Of a stretch of DNA of 35,972 nucleotides, positions 8,017 to 16,037 are shown piece by piece. How positions within the stretch are numbered: the first letter of the stretch is position 1; every line of letters begins with the position of its first letter. Source of the DNA: a virus (Duplodnaviria > Caudoviricetes); IMG/VR virus record IMGVR_UViG_3300021082_000069, positions 1-35,972 of that record; one strand, written 5' to 3'. The notes beneath the pieces are model-generated. The model was not told the origin of the DNA. It made no database searches and was given only the letters and a program-made list of their open reading frames with translations. A program made the translations under genes and the position numbers.

Positions 8017-10041
8017 TTATAACAGGGATTTCATTAGGGATTCGCGGGCGGTTTCGGAGGTTAAGGCTCGTTGTTTTTCGGCGCGGCGTTTATCGGGTGT
8101 GGGGCCGAGGAGAGCGGAGTTGGCGGCGGCGCGGTCGGTGGCGGCCTGGGTGATGGGGGCGGCGAGGCGGCGGGCTTCGCTGATGAGGGGTGACAGGGCC
8201 TGGGTCTTGCGCTTGAAGGCTTGCTGGAGCGCGGCGGGATCGTCGCGGCGGACGCGGCCGTAGTAGGGGGCTACGCCGGCGAATTGGTTATCGGCGGTGA
8301 AGAGGTAGCAAATGTGAGGAGCCAGGGGGTTGACGCGGACGAGCCATTTTTCATCGTTGCGCAGGGGGTCCTGGACGCCGCGGCCGTTGCGCCGGGTGAG
8401 GCCGAAGACGAGGGGTTCATCGGGGTCAACTTCCGGGACGCCGATTTCGATTTGGTTGTTTTTAACGGGTCGTTCAACGCCGGGTAAATCGTCCATTAAC
8501 AGGGCCGCTACCGCGAGGGGGAGTTTGACGAGTTCGGATTTTCCGGCATCGAAGACTTCGCGGGGGGAGAGGGAGCGTTCGCGTTTGAGGAGGGAGTCGG
8601 GCTGGGGCGTGGAGAGGACGGCGGCGATGGCGTCGCGTTCGGCGGGTTCGAAGTCGAGGAGGGCGGCAGCAGGGCGCCAGGGCATTTGGCGGTTGAGGCG
8701 CCATTCGGTGGTGAGGTGACCGCATTCGCGCCAGGCTTCGAGGGAGTGATCGGTGCGGCAGTTGATGACTTCGGTGATGGCGTCGAGGCGGAAGATGGCT
8801 TCGTGGTGGCTGAGCATGCCGAGGCGGAGGAGTTCGGCTTTCTCCGGATCCATGCAGCGGGCGGCTTTGATGAGGGCGAGGTTGTCTTTTTCGAGACCGG
8901 GCAGGCCTTCCGGCTGGTTGAGGCGGGAGTTGCTGCCGGTCTGGCCGGGGAATTCCAGGAGGTCATCGGTGCGGTTGCGCAGGAGGTTGAACCAGGATTC
9001 GAGGGGGGCTTTCCAGCGGGGGTTGCCGCCACCCGGCCCGGTGAAGAGGGCGGAGATTCCCGGCCCGCCGCCGGAGGGGCCATCCTGGACGGTGATGGCG
9101 TCGCCGAGGGTGGTGGCGAGGATTTCGCGTTCGCGTTTGCGTACGGTGGCGGTGGATTTTTCGCAGATGATGGTGGTGCCGGAGGGGCGGTAGCCGCTGG
9201 TGGTGAGGAAGGAGACGAGGAGCCAGATCATTTCCTGTTCGCGGAGGCGTTCGACGATTTTGGTTTCCTGGTCTTTGAGGGCAGGCTTGTAGCCGCGGGC
9301 GATGTTGCAGCCGCTGAAGAGGTCGAGGACGTGGAAGGCGAGAAGGCGACAGGACTGGCCGTAGGCGAGGACTTTGAAGTCATTCCAGGAGTCGTCGAGG
9401 ATATAGTATTGGCCGACCTGGGCGCCGCAGCGGGTGGTGGGGATTTGGGGCCCGAGGTTGGAGGCGGATTTGGGGCCGATCTGGATGAGTTTGCGGGCGT
9501 AGTTAGAGACGCGTTTATTGAGGGCGGATTTGAGGTTTGAGTAGGTCCAACCAAAGGGCAGGTCGTCATCGGAGAGGGAGTCCGGCTCGGGGCACTGGGG
9601 GTAGCCGGGGATGGCGGCGGACTCATCGCCAGCGCGCCAGCGGCGGTACTGAAGGATGAGTTTCTGGTAGGCAGGCATGAATTTATCGCGCTGGCGCCGG
9701 CCCCAGAGCTGGGCGAGGTAATCGAGGAAGGCATCAGGGAGGCCGAAGGGGGTGGAGTGGTTTTGCCAGAGGGCGCCGGCGATGGAGGCATCGACGAGGG
9801 TGCGCCAGTTGCCATCGTTTTGGACAAAATCGGTGTAGAGGCGGTGGAGTGATTTGGCGGACCAACCGCGTTCGCCCGGATACATGGCGGCAATGGTCTG
9901 GCAGCCGGACCAGGTGGAGGGGGAGTTTTCGATCAGGCGCATGGCGCGGAGGCGGCGCTGGACGAGTTTACGGGCGCGATCGTTGAGGCCGGCGAAGAGG
10001 TCCAGATCATCGGCTGGGACGGTGGTGGTCAAGGCGGTCAT
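8017..10041 (-). CDS. MuA-like DDE transposase
   Basis: 674 aa; N-terminal HTH (SAKSLHRLY...G...LVD), RNase-H core YILDD...VLDLFSG, GNPRWKAPLESWFN, NCRTDHSLE, LSPREVF; adjacent to MuB. Confidence 0.88.
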   Translation of the reverse strand: MTALTTTVPADDLDLFAGLNDRARKLVQRRLRAMRLIENSPSTWSGCQTIAAMYPGERGWSAKSLHRLYTDFVQNDGNWRTLVDASIAGALWQNHSTPFGLPDAFLDYLAQLWGRRQRDKFMPAYQKLILQYRRWRAGDESAAIPGYPQCPEPDSLSDDDLPFGWTYSNLKSALNKRVSNYARKLIQIGPKSASNLGPQIPTTRCGAQVGQYYILDDSWNDFKVLAYGQSCRLLAFHVLDLFSGCNIARGYKPALKDQETKIVERLREQEMIWLLVSFLTTSGYRPSGTTIICEKSTATVRKREREILATTLGDAITVQDGPSGGGPGISALFTGPGGGNPRWKAPLESWFNLLRNRTDDLLEFPGQTGSNSRLNQPEGLPGLEKDNLALIKAARCMDPEKAELLRLGMLSHHEAIFRLDAITEVINCRTDHSLEAWRECGHLTTEWRLNRQMPWRPAAALLDFEPAERDAIAAVLSTPQPDSLLKRERSLSPREVFDAGKSELVKLPLAVAALLMDDLPGVERPVKNNQIEIGVPEVDPDEPLVFGLTRRNGRGVQDPLRNDEKWLVRVNPLAPHICYLFTADNQFAGVAPYYGRVRRDDPAALQQAFKRKTQALSPLISEARRLAAPITQAATDRAAANSALLGPTPDKRRAEKQRALTSETARESLMKSLL

Positions 10042-10856
10042 GCGCGGGTTGAGAGTGGAGAGTTGAGGGTTGAGGGTTGGGAACCCGCGGGGACCTTTCC
10101 GGAGAGCTGCTTGCGGCGTTTCAGGATTTCCACGATGCGCTGGAGGTAGGCGGCGGCTTCATCGCGGTGTTGAAGGAGGGTGGCGGTGGAGACTTGCTGG
10201 AGGGTGGTGTCATTGGGGCTGGTGAAGAGTTTCATATCGAAGCGGAATTCCTTGAGGAGTTCGTCTTCGTCGCCGACGTCGAGGTTGGCTGCCCGGCCAC
10301 CTTCCCCCGGTTTGCGGCCTCGGGCGCCGGCGCCCTGGGGTTTTTTGGCGAGGCCGAGTTCCCACATGAATTCGAGCTGGGTGCGGCCATCGGTGGCTTT
10401 GTGGAGGGCATCGGTGATGAGTTTGGCATCGTCGTCCTGCCATTGACTGGGAGGGACGGCCATGAGGGAGTGGAGGCGATCGCGGATGGGGAGTTTTTTC
10501 CAGCGGGATTTGATGCCGTCGGCCATTTTCATCCAGTTGCGGGCGGTGTCATGTGAGATGCCGGTTTCTTTGAGGACCATTTCCTGGAAGCCTAACTTCG
10601 ACGAATCGTTCGTCGAAGTTACGGCCGGGGAGGTTCCTAACTTCGACGAATCGTTCGTCGAAGTTGGTTTGAGGTCGGAGCGCTGGCCCTGGCGTGGGCC
10701 GTGGAGGGCGCGGAGTTCTTTGAGGGCGAAGCCGGCCATGACCTGGCAGGCGAGGTCGGCTTGTTTGAAGCGGAGGGACATGCCGGCCCAGTAGCGGACG
10801 GCATCCCAGGTGTTGTTTTCCGCGGGAAAGGCGTAGTTGGTTTTAACGAGTTCCAT
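10038..10856 (-). CDS. DUF3102-like / HTH-containing protein upstream of the transposase
   Basis: GFALKELRALHG, GQRSDL and GISHDTARNWM motifs; ATGA-coupled to the transposase. Confidence 0.6.
   Translation of the reverse strand: MELVKTNYAFPAENNTWDAVRYWAGMSLRFKQADLACQVMAGFALKELRALHGPRQGQRSDLKPTSTNDSSKLGTSPAVTSTNDSSKLGFQEMVLKETGISHDTARNWMKMADGIKSRWKKLPIRDRLHSLMAVPPSQWQDDDAKLITDALHKATDGRTQLEFMWELGLAKKPQGAGARGRKPGEGGRAANLDVGDEDELLKEFRFDMKLFTSPNDTTLQQVSTATLLQHRDEAAAYLQRIVEILKRRKQLSGKVPAGSQPSTLNSPLSTRA
10047..10079 (+). repeat. Heptamer tract GAG(A/G)GTT within the 3' end of a CDS
   Basis: gggttgagagtggagagttgagggttgagggttg encodes QPSTLNSPLST. Confidence 0.8.
10591..10665. repeat. Two identical 30-bp direct repeats, each holding a 27-bp palindrome
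   Basis: AACTTCGACGAA-TCG-TTCGTCGAAGTT at 10594-10620 and 10639-10665, period 45 bp. Confidence 0.95.
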
Positions 10857-10862
10857 AAAGAT

Positions 10863-11069
10863 TCAAGCGGGGCGTTGCGGGAGAATTTCCGGGTTGATGA
10901 GGAGGCCGGGTTTGGCCCGGGATTCGTCGTAGATATCCTGGCCGGTCAAGGTGCGGACGGCGCGGCCGAGGGAGGTGTGGTCTTTGGCAACGACGAAGAC
11001 GTCGGTATCGTCATCGAGGTGAACGAGGGAGACGACGCCGTAAAAGCCTTTGAAGGATTGGGTGATCAT
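10863..11069 (-). CDS. Hypothetical protein
   Basis: 68 aa, ATGA-coupled. Confidence 0.7.
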   Translation of the reverse strand: MITQSFKGFYGVVSLVHLDDDTDVFVVAKDHTSLGRAVRTLTGQDIYDESRAKPGLLINPEILPQRPA

Positions 11070-11590
11070 GCCAGGCGGTTTTGGAAGAAGGCTTTCAGGC
11101 TTTGGATGGTGATGAGGGCGGCGCCCTGGGGGCCGCGGGTGTACGTTGTGCCGGGCATCAGGGAGAGGGCGCCGGCTTCGACCAGGTGCAGGATGTGGGT
11201 GGGGCCGCAGTTCAACAGCAGCCGCAATTGGGAACTGGTTAAATAGGGTTTGTTGGTTTGCAGCATTTGGGCGATGACCTGGTCAAGAGTGCGGGGGTAG
11301 CGGCGGGTTGATGGTTGATGGTTGATGGTTGATGGTTGGGAACCGGCAGTCCGGAGATAATGCGAGATACATTCGGGCCAGATGCGGATGTCTCGGGCCT
11401 GGCCCAGGCCGATGTTCCAGGCGTGGAGGAGATGGCCTTCTTCGATGAGGGCGGTGACGTCATCTTCGGTGTGGCCGGGGAGTTGTTCCCTCGCGCTGGC
11501 GACGGTGGCGAGGACGAGCGTGGTGCGTTCACCGGGCAAAACCAGCTTGCGCTGGGACGGGGGGCGAGGGTCGAGGGTCGAGGGGTTCAT
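11066..11590 (-). CDS. Tandem excisionase/MerR-like winged-HTH protein
   Basis: Two units (EDDVTALIEEGHL...IRIWPECI and LLLNCGPTHILHLVEAGAL...ITIQSLKAFF) joined by a repeat-encoded linker; start re-called to ATG 11590. Confidence 0.65.
   Translation of the reverse strand: MNPSTLDPRPPSQRKLVLPGERTTLVLATVASAREQLPGHTEDDVTALIEEGHLLHAWNIGLGQARDIRIWPECISHYLRTAGSQPSTINHQPSTRRYPRTLDQVIAQMLQTNKPYLTSSQLRLLLNCGPTHILHLVEAGALSLMPGTTYTRGPQGAALITIQSLKAFFQNRLA
11306..11338 (+). repeat. Heptamer tract GGTTGAT x4 inside a CDS linker
   Basis: ggttgatggttgatggttgatggttgatggttg encodes QPSTINHQPST. Confidence 0.9.
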
Positions 11591-11796
11591 TGCCGGGGTA
11601 GGAGTTCTTTGAAGTCGAGTTGGAGGGCCGAGACTTTGGAGATGGCTTGGGCGAGCTCGCGGGCGCGAGCGCGGGAGGCCGAGTCCTGCAGGGTTTCGGC
11701 GAGGGCGAGGTAGACTTCGATTTGTTCGTCGGGAGGGCAGGCTTCGACGTGCCGGGTGGCGAACTGGTTGAGGACGTTGATGGCGGCTAGGACCAT
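11587..11796 (-). CDS. Small helical hypothetical protein
   Basis: 69 aa, overlaps both neighbours, ends QLDFKELL. Confidence 0.7.
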   Translation of the reverse strand: MVLAAINVLNQFATRHVEACPPDEQIEVYLALAETLQDSASRARARELAQAISKVSALQLDFKELLPRQ

Positions 11797-11978
11797 AGTA
11801 CGGCGATGATTTGGGTTCGGACTTTGGGGAACCGATGGGCATGGTGAATGGCCTGGGAAACGGTGGAGCGGGGCCGGGGCGGGGTGAGGTTCCGGCTCAG
11901 ATCAGAAACCGACCAGCCCTTGTGGAGGAGTTCGATTTTTATCTCTTTGGCTGATTTCACTTGCAATTTCTGGCGCAT
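11787..11978 (-). CDS. Ner/Cro-like HTH early regulator
   Basis: EIKIELLHKGWSVSDLSR...RSTVSQAI; first gene of the early operon, divergent from the repressor. Confidence 0.8.
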   Translation of the reverse strand: MRQKLQVKSAKEIKIELLHKGWSVSDLSRNLTPPRPRSTVSQAIHHAHRFPKVRTQIIAVLWS

Positions 11979-12037
11979 CGGATTAAATAATCAAAGTTAA
12001 CGCCTGTTAATATGTTTGAAAATTCAAAGTGAGTCAA
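11979..12037. promoter_or_regulatory. Divergent immunity region with candidate leftward promoter and palindromic operators
   Basis: AT-rich. Minus-strand TTGACT (12037-12032)-17 bp-CATATT (12014-12009). Palindromes GATTA-AA-TAATC 11981-11992, TTAAC-GCCT-GTTAA 11997-12010, TTTGAA-AA-TTCAAA 12015-12028. Confidence 0.6.
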
Positions 12038-12541
12038 CAGGAAAAATTGAAAAAGTTGGAAAAATCAAAAAGGCTGCGGGAGATCCGGAATGAGATGGGT
12101 CTGAACCAGGAGGAGATGGGGAAGAAACTGGATCTGGAAAAGACTTATATTAGCCAACTGGAATGCGCCCGGAAGCCGCTTTCGGATTACATACTGGAGA
12201 AAGCGGAGAATATCCTGCGCGAGTTTAAAAAGTCAAAGGGAGTCAAAGGTGAGGAGATGCGGGAGGGTGTGGGATGGGAGGGGCAAGAGGTGGTGTTGCG
12301 GGGCCGTAGCCACCAGCATTTGGACCAGGTGCTGGATGGGTGCAAGCATGACGCTTACCGGCTGGCGTGGACTTACGAGGAGTTGAAGCGGCGGTTTCCG
12401 CTGAGGGACAAGGCGGAAATCATTGCCGAGGAGTTCGAACAGGAAGCGATCGCTGGCAATGAGCATAAGCGCGGAGACGCTGGATCTTCCGTTCCAAAGC
12501 GCGAATCACACGGTCACATTCTTCCGGATCGAGGGATTTAA
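12029..12541 (+). CDS. XRE-family HTH repressor (c-like)
   Basis: RLREIRNEMGLNQEEMGKKLDLEKTYISQLE; divergent from the Ner-like gene; no S24 peptidase domain visible. Confidence 0.88.
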   Translation: MSQQEKLKKLEKSKRLREIRNEMGLNQEEMGKKLDLEKTYISQLECARKPLSDYILEKAENILREFKKSKGVKGEEMREGVGWEGQEVVLRGRSHQHLDQVLDGCKHDAYRLAWTYEELKRRFPLRDKAEIIAEEFEQEAIAGNEHKRGDAGSSVPKRESHGHILPDRGI

Positions 12542-12812
12542 TATTAGCGAACGCGGGATTGAAGCAGACGCAACAGTCAGGTGTGCAAATTTTTTTATCC
12601 ATACAACAACAGGGCGCGGACTCGGCACATCGAGTCCAGGCACCGCCAGGCGCCTCTCCCACAATGCACCGAGCCGCGCCGATGGGCGCAGGCTCAAGCG
12701 CGCGTGGGAATCTCAAAGCTGGCGGTTTTGGACTTCGCGGCCGGTCTGCAAAAACTAACGGCACATTTTATGCCAAATCACGGATGAGAAGGAAAGAGAA
12801 TTTAAAGCGAAC

Positions 12813-12883
12813 TGGAAGGGTGGAAGGGTGGAAGTATGGAATGGGGGCGGGAGTTTTACAGAAGGCAACGAAGATAACGAAGA
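12813..12883 (+). repeat. Octamer tract TGGAAGGG plus 9-mer tract (AACGAAGNN)
   Basis: tggaagggtggaagggtggaagtatggaatgg, then ttttacagaaggcaacgaagataacgaag. Confidence 0.75.
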
Positions 12884-12895
12884 AAGGATTGAACT

Positions 12896-13306
12896 ATGGG
12901 TGGACTTGAGCTTGTGATTTGGATTGTGGTGGGGGGATTGGTGGGGGTTTTGTGCGGGACGGCGCGGGGACGGGTTAACGAAGGGTTTTTGTTTGGAGCT
13001 CTCCTGGGGCCCATCGGGTGGCTGTTGATTTTGGTCGGGCCGGATAAGAGGCCGAAGTGTTCGGAGTGCGGCGGGGTGGTGGTTCCGGGGGCGCGGAAGT
13101 GCATGCACTGCGGGAGTGAGATCGGGGGGTATGTGGGGAGTTCGACGGTGCCAGGGGTGGCGGTGAAATGTCCGGCTTGCGGGGAGATGGGTTGGGTGAA
13201 GGAGGTGAGCGAGGATTCCAACATTGAGTGCCCGGTGTGCCGGCGGACGTTTTCCGGGGTGCGGGGGATGGAGGAGGCGGAGGCGGGAAAGTTTAACAGG
13301 AGGTAA
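12896..13306 (+). CDS. Membrane protein with double zinc ribbons (lysogen-expressed accessory candidate)
   Basis: Two N-terminal TM segments (GFLFGALLGPIGWLLI) and four CxxC pairs; co-oriented with the repressor. Confidence 0.8.
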   Translation: MGGLELVIWIVVGGLVGVLCGTARGRVNEGFLFGALLGPIGWLLILVGPDKRPKCSECGGVVVPGARKCMHCGSEIGGYVGSSTVPGVAVKCPACGEMGWVKEVSEDSNIECPVCRRTFSGVRGMEEAEAGKFNRR

Positions 13307-13390
13307 CAGAGGGAACGGAGAATTCGGAATTGGGAATTGGGAATTGGGAATTTGAAAGCTGGAAGACAGGATGGACAGGATGGACAGGAT
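13293..13390 (+). repeat. Composite tract: 9-mers (AACAGAGGN), heptamers GGGAATT x4, 9-mers GACAGGATG x3
   Basis: ttaacaggaggtaacagagggaacggag / aattcggaattgggaattgggaattgggaattt / gacaggatggacaggatggacaggat. Confidence 0.85.
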
Positions 13391-13396
13391 TGGGAA

Positions 13397-13419
13397 GCAC
13401 TCCTTACGTCGTGCCCTAC
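13397..13419 (-). repeat. REP-like element (GTAG plus imperfect hairpin)
   Basis: Minus strand GTAGG-GCAC-GACGTAAGGA-GTGC. Confidence 0.45.
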
Positions 13420-13464
13420 AGGGATGGGCTTGACAGGATGGGTATGATTTGATTTAGTTGGGGC

Positions 13465-13491
13465 ACCCCAGCCATTCGGTTGGGGTTTTTT
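13465..13491 (+). terminator. Rho-independent terminator closing the repressor-side transcript
   Basis: ACCCCAGCC-ATTC-GGTTGGGGT then a T-run; a second GC hairpin lies at 13496-13518. Confidence 0.7.
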
Positions 13492-13659
13492 GTAAGCGCG
13501 GGGTGCGATGCCCCGCGCATCTTTGTTGAGAGTTAAGGGTTGAGAGTTGAGAGTCTGATGGTTCTTCGGACGGTTTTCTTTCGGGTTTCTTCGGGGGTTA
13601 AAGGGGTATTACCACGGTGGGAATGAGGGGTTTCTTGGGTTGTGGTTTCATGCTGGGGC

Positions 13660-13857
13660 ATGAAAGCAATCGAGTTCCTGCGCGGGAAAAAAACCTACTT
13701 CACGGTGGCGATCGGCGTGCTTTACGTCGGGGGCTGCTATCTCGGGTTCTATGAGTTCGACGAGAAGGTGCTGGTGGTTCTCGGGCTGGGATCGGTGGCG
13801 TTTCTGAGGGCGGCGATGCCCAAGAAATCTGAGGATGTAAAACCGATGAACCAATAA
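13660..13857 (+). CDS. Holin-like small membrane protein
   Basis: 65 aa, FLRGKKTY followed by two TM segments and a charged tail; first late gene; start re-called to ATG 13660. Confidence 0.6.
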   Translation: MKAIEFLRGKKTYFTVAIGVLYVGGCYLGFYEFDEKVLVVLGLGSVAFLRAAMPKKSEDVKPMNQ

Positions 13858-13867
13858 ACGGTTAACC

Positions 13868-13901
13868 GGGGCGGCCCTTTCGGGGGCCGCTCCTTTCTTT
13901 T
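13868..13901 (+). terminator. Rho-independent terminator-like hairpin inside the late operon
   Basis: GGGGCGGCCCT-TTCG-GGGGCCGCTCC followed by TTTCTTTT. Confidence 0.75.
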
Positions 13902-13908
13902 CAACATT

Positions 13909-14364
13909 ATGAAATCATTCAAGCGGATCGGATTGATGGCGGTGGTGGCGGTGGTGGCGAGCCTGGTGGTGGTCGGGTGTTCTTCCACGAAGCTGGAATC
14001 GGGCGGGGCTTACGCGCCGGTGGATGTTTCGGGGAACGCGATCGTGAAGCCGGATCCGGCGTTCTACGTGATCGACGCGGCCTACGCGGTGGCTTACGCG
14101 ACGGTGGACGGGGTGTTCAAGTTCGAGCAGGACAACCGGCTGTTTCTCTGGCAGGTGTCGCCGAACTTCAAGCAGGCGCTGGATAAGATCCGGCCGGAGG
14201 CGGTGAAGGTGAGGGATGATTACGCGCGGTGCCGCCTGGCGTATAAGGCGAACCCGGTGCCGGCGAATCTGACGCAGTTGCAGACGGCACTGGCGCGGGT
14301 GCAGCAGTTGACGGCGACGGCCGCGGCGCTGCTGCCAACAGCGACAACGAAGACGGGGAACTGA
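13909..14364 (+). CDS. Lipoprotein (lysis-region, spanin-like position)
   Basis: MKSFKR, hydrophobic core and VVG-C lipobox; helical mature part. Confidence 0.8.
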   Translation: MKSFKRIGLMAVVAVVASLVVVGCSSTKLESGGAYAPVDVSGNAIVKPDPAFYVIDAAYAVAYATVDGVFKFEQDNRLFLWQVSPNFKQALDKIRPEAVKVRDDYARCRLAYKANPVPANLTQLQTALARVQQLTATAAALLPTATTKTGN

Positions 14365-14371
14365 ACTGGGT

Positions 14372-14399
14372 TTAACAGAAGCAAACGAAGGAAACGAAG
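14372..14399 (+). repeat. 9-mer tract AACGAAG(G/C)A x3
   Basis: ttaacagaagcaaacgaaggaaacgaag. Confidence 0.75.
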
Positions 14400-14401
14400 A
14401 T

Positions 14402-14638
14402 ATGAACGCAGCAACTTTAGCTTTGGTTTTGCAGGGGCTGACGGCCCTGGTGGCAGCGGCGCCGCAGGTGGAAGCCCTGGTGAAGCAGGTGAAGGATTTA
14501 ATCTCCGCGCTGTTTACGGCGAAGCAGATCACGAAGGCGCAGCAGGACGCGATGATGGCACAGGTGGACGCGATCGTGGCGCTGAGCCAGGCGGGGATCG
14601 TGCCGAGTCATTGGGCGGTGCAGCCGGATCCGCAGTGA
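14402..14638 (+). CDS. Small amphipathic helical protein
   Basis: 78 aa, hydrophobic N-terminus. Confidence 0.75.
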   Translation: MNAATLALVLQGLTALVAAAPQVEALVKQVKDLISALFTAKQITKAQQDAMMAQVDAIVALSQAGIVPSHWAVQPDPQ

Positions 14639-14643
14639 TTCGA

Positions 14644-14673
14644 GACGGACGCCTCGGCGAGGCGTCCCTACCT
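14644..14673 (-). repeat. GTAG-type REP-like palindrome, copy 1
   Basis: Minus strand GTAG-GGACGCCTC-GCC-GAGGCGTCC; 30 bp identical to 23425-23454. Confidence 0.85.
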
Positions 14674-14681
14674 TGTTACGT

Positions 14682-15131
14682 ATGACGAATCCTCCTGTTG
14701 AGATTGCGGCCTGGCTGGCGTGCCTGGCGTTTGTGGTGATGCTGGTGAACCAGGGGTCGAAGGCGGTCTCTATTTTTCGGGGGAAACCTGAAGCTGCGGA
14801 GGTGGAGCGGGATGCCCAGGCGCGGTTCGCTACCAAGATCGAGTGCCACGATAAGCACAAGCGGATCGAGGAGGAGAATGCCCGGATCTGGAATAAGATC
14901 GGGGGGATCGAACGGGGGATGAGGGAGCACGTGGATAAGTTGTCGGAGGTGTGGCGGTCCCGGCTGGAGGAGCAGGTGGGGGCGATGCGGAAGGAGCGGC
15001 AGGAGGATCTGGGCGAGCTGCATGGCAAGGTGAATAAGGTGGACCGGGAGATCGGCGAGATTTCGGCCCAGGTGAAGGGGATCTCGGCGCAGTTGGAACG
15101 GTTGGACGACAAGCTTGATTCGAAGACATGA
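14682..15131 (+). CDS. Membrane-anchored coiled-coil protein (Mu gp25-like position)
   Basis: N-terminal TM then a long heptad region; start re-called to ATG 14682. Confidence 0.75.
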   Translation: MTNPPVEIAAWLACLAFVVMLVNQGSKAVSIFRGKPEAAEVERDAQARFATKIECHDKHKRIEEENARIWNKIGGIERGMREHVDKLSEVWRSRLEEQVGAMRKERQEDLGELHGKVNKVDREIGEISAQVKGISAQLERLDDKLDSKT

Positions 15132-15388
15132 ACCCGATTGCTGACATCAAACGTTTTGTGTTGCGCGCGCTGGCGCGGACTGGCGGGATCCCGATGCCGG
15201 GGGATTCGCTGGACGCGGCGGTCGGCCAGGCGGTGGTGCCACGGCCGCTGCATTCGGATGTCTCCCAGGCGAAGCGGGAGTTGGAGCAGGATGGGTTTAT
15301 CCAGGGGAAGAGGGATGATTTGGACGCTGAGCTGGTGACGTGGACTTTGACGGCGAAGGGGGTCCACAAGGCTGGGCAACTGGGATGA
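15128..15388 (+). CDS. Small winged-helix protein (Mu gp26-like position)
   Basis: ELEQDGFI...WTLTAKG wHTH pattern; precedes the small terminase. Confidence 0.65.
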   Translation: MNPIADIKRFVLRALARTGGIPMPGDSLDAAVGQAVVPRPLHSDVSQAKRELEQDGFIQGKRDDLDAELVTWTLTAKGVHKAGQLG

Positions 15389-15392
15389 TGAT

Positions 15393-15448
15393 GAAATCCG
15401 AAAACCGAATCCCGAAATCCGAAAGAAGTCCGAAGGCCGAAAGCCGAA
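15393..15448 (+). repeat. Heptamer element GAAA(T/A/G)CC with GAAAGAAGTCC core
   Basis: gaaatccgaaaaccgaatcccgaaatccgaaagaagtccgaaggccgaaagccgaa; near-copies at 17481-17536 and 31810-31840. Confidence 0.85.
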
Positions 15449-15470
15449 CTCCTTCCGGAGGGGCAACGGC

Positions 15471-16037
15471 ATGAACAAGGCGCGACCTAATAAGTTAGAT
15501 CCGTTTGCGGAGCGGCTGGATGCCTGGTCGGCTGAGGGGCGGACGCTGGCGCAGATGCGGGAGGAGCTACGGAAGGACGGATGCACGGTGGCGATCTCGC
15601 AGATTGGGGATTACCTGGCACGGCGGCGGCAGTCGGCTTTGGAGGAGCGGTTGTTGGGGCAGATTGCGAGCGGGGCGAGGCAATGCCGGGAGGTGGAGGC
15701 GCAGTTTGCGAAGGATCCAGCGCCGGAGTTCGAGACGTTGATCCGGCTGCACCGGGTGCTGATTTTGCGACTGAGCACGGAGAGCACCGGGAATCCGGAA
15801 TTATTGGAGCTGGTGAACCGGATGATGAAGCCGGTGGTACAGTTTGCGCGGCTGCAGCAGTTGGACAAGCAGATTTCGCTGGACCGGGCGAAGTTCGAGT
15901 TCGACGCGGCGAAGGCTTGCCTGGCGCGGCTGCCGGAGCTGAAGGCGATTTCGACGGACAAGGGGCTAACCCAGGCGCAGCAGGTGGAACAGATCCGGCT
16001 GAAGTTGTTTGGGGAATTACCGGAGGAGAACGCATGA
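15471..16037 (+). CDS. Putative terminase small subunit (Mu gp27/DUF3486-like)
   Basis: NKLD...RTLAQMREEL...GCTVAISQIGDY HTH then helical body; ATGA-coupled to TerL. Confidence 0.7.
   Translation: MNKARPNKLDPFAERLDAWSAEGRTLAQMREELRKDGCTVAISQIGDYLARRRQSALEERLLGQIASGARQCREVEAQFAKDPAPEFETLIRLHRVLILRLSTESTGNPELLELVNRMMKPVVQFARLQQLDKQISLDRAKFEFDAAKACLARLPELKAISTDKGLTQAQQVEQIRLKLFGELPEENA

Noticed and set aside
13430-13458. Sigma70 promoter TTGACA-17-TTTAGT
   Set aside because: The -10 lacks the conserved A, TTGACA overlaps a GACAGGAT repeat unit, and it would fire straight into a terminator.
15581-16033. 632-aa terminase with long N-terminal extension
   Set aside because: The extension is an off-frame read-through of the small terminase gene; ATG 16034 overlaps its stop.
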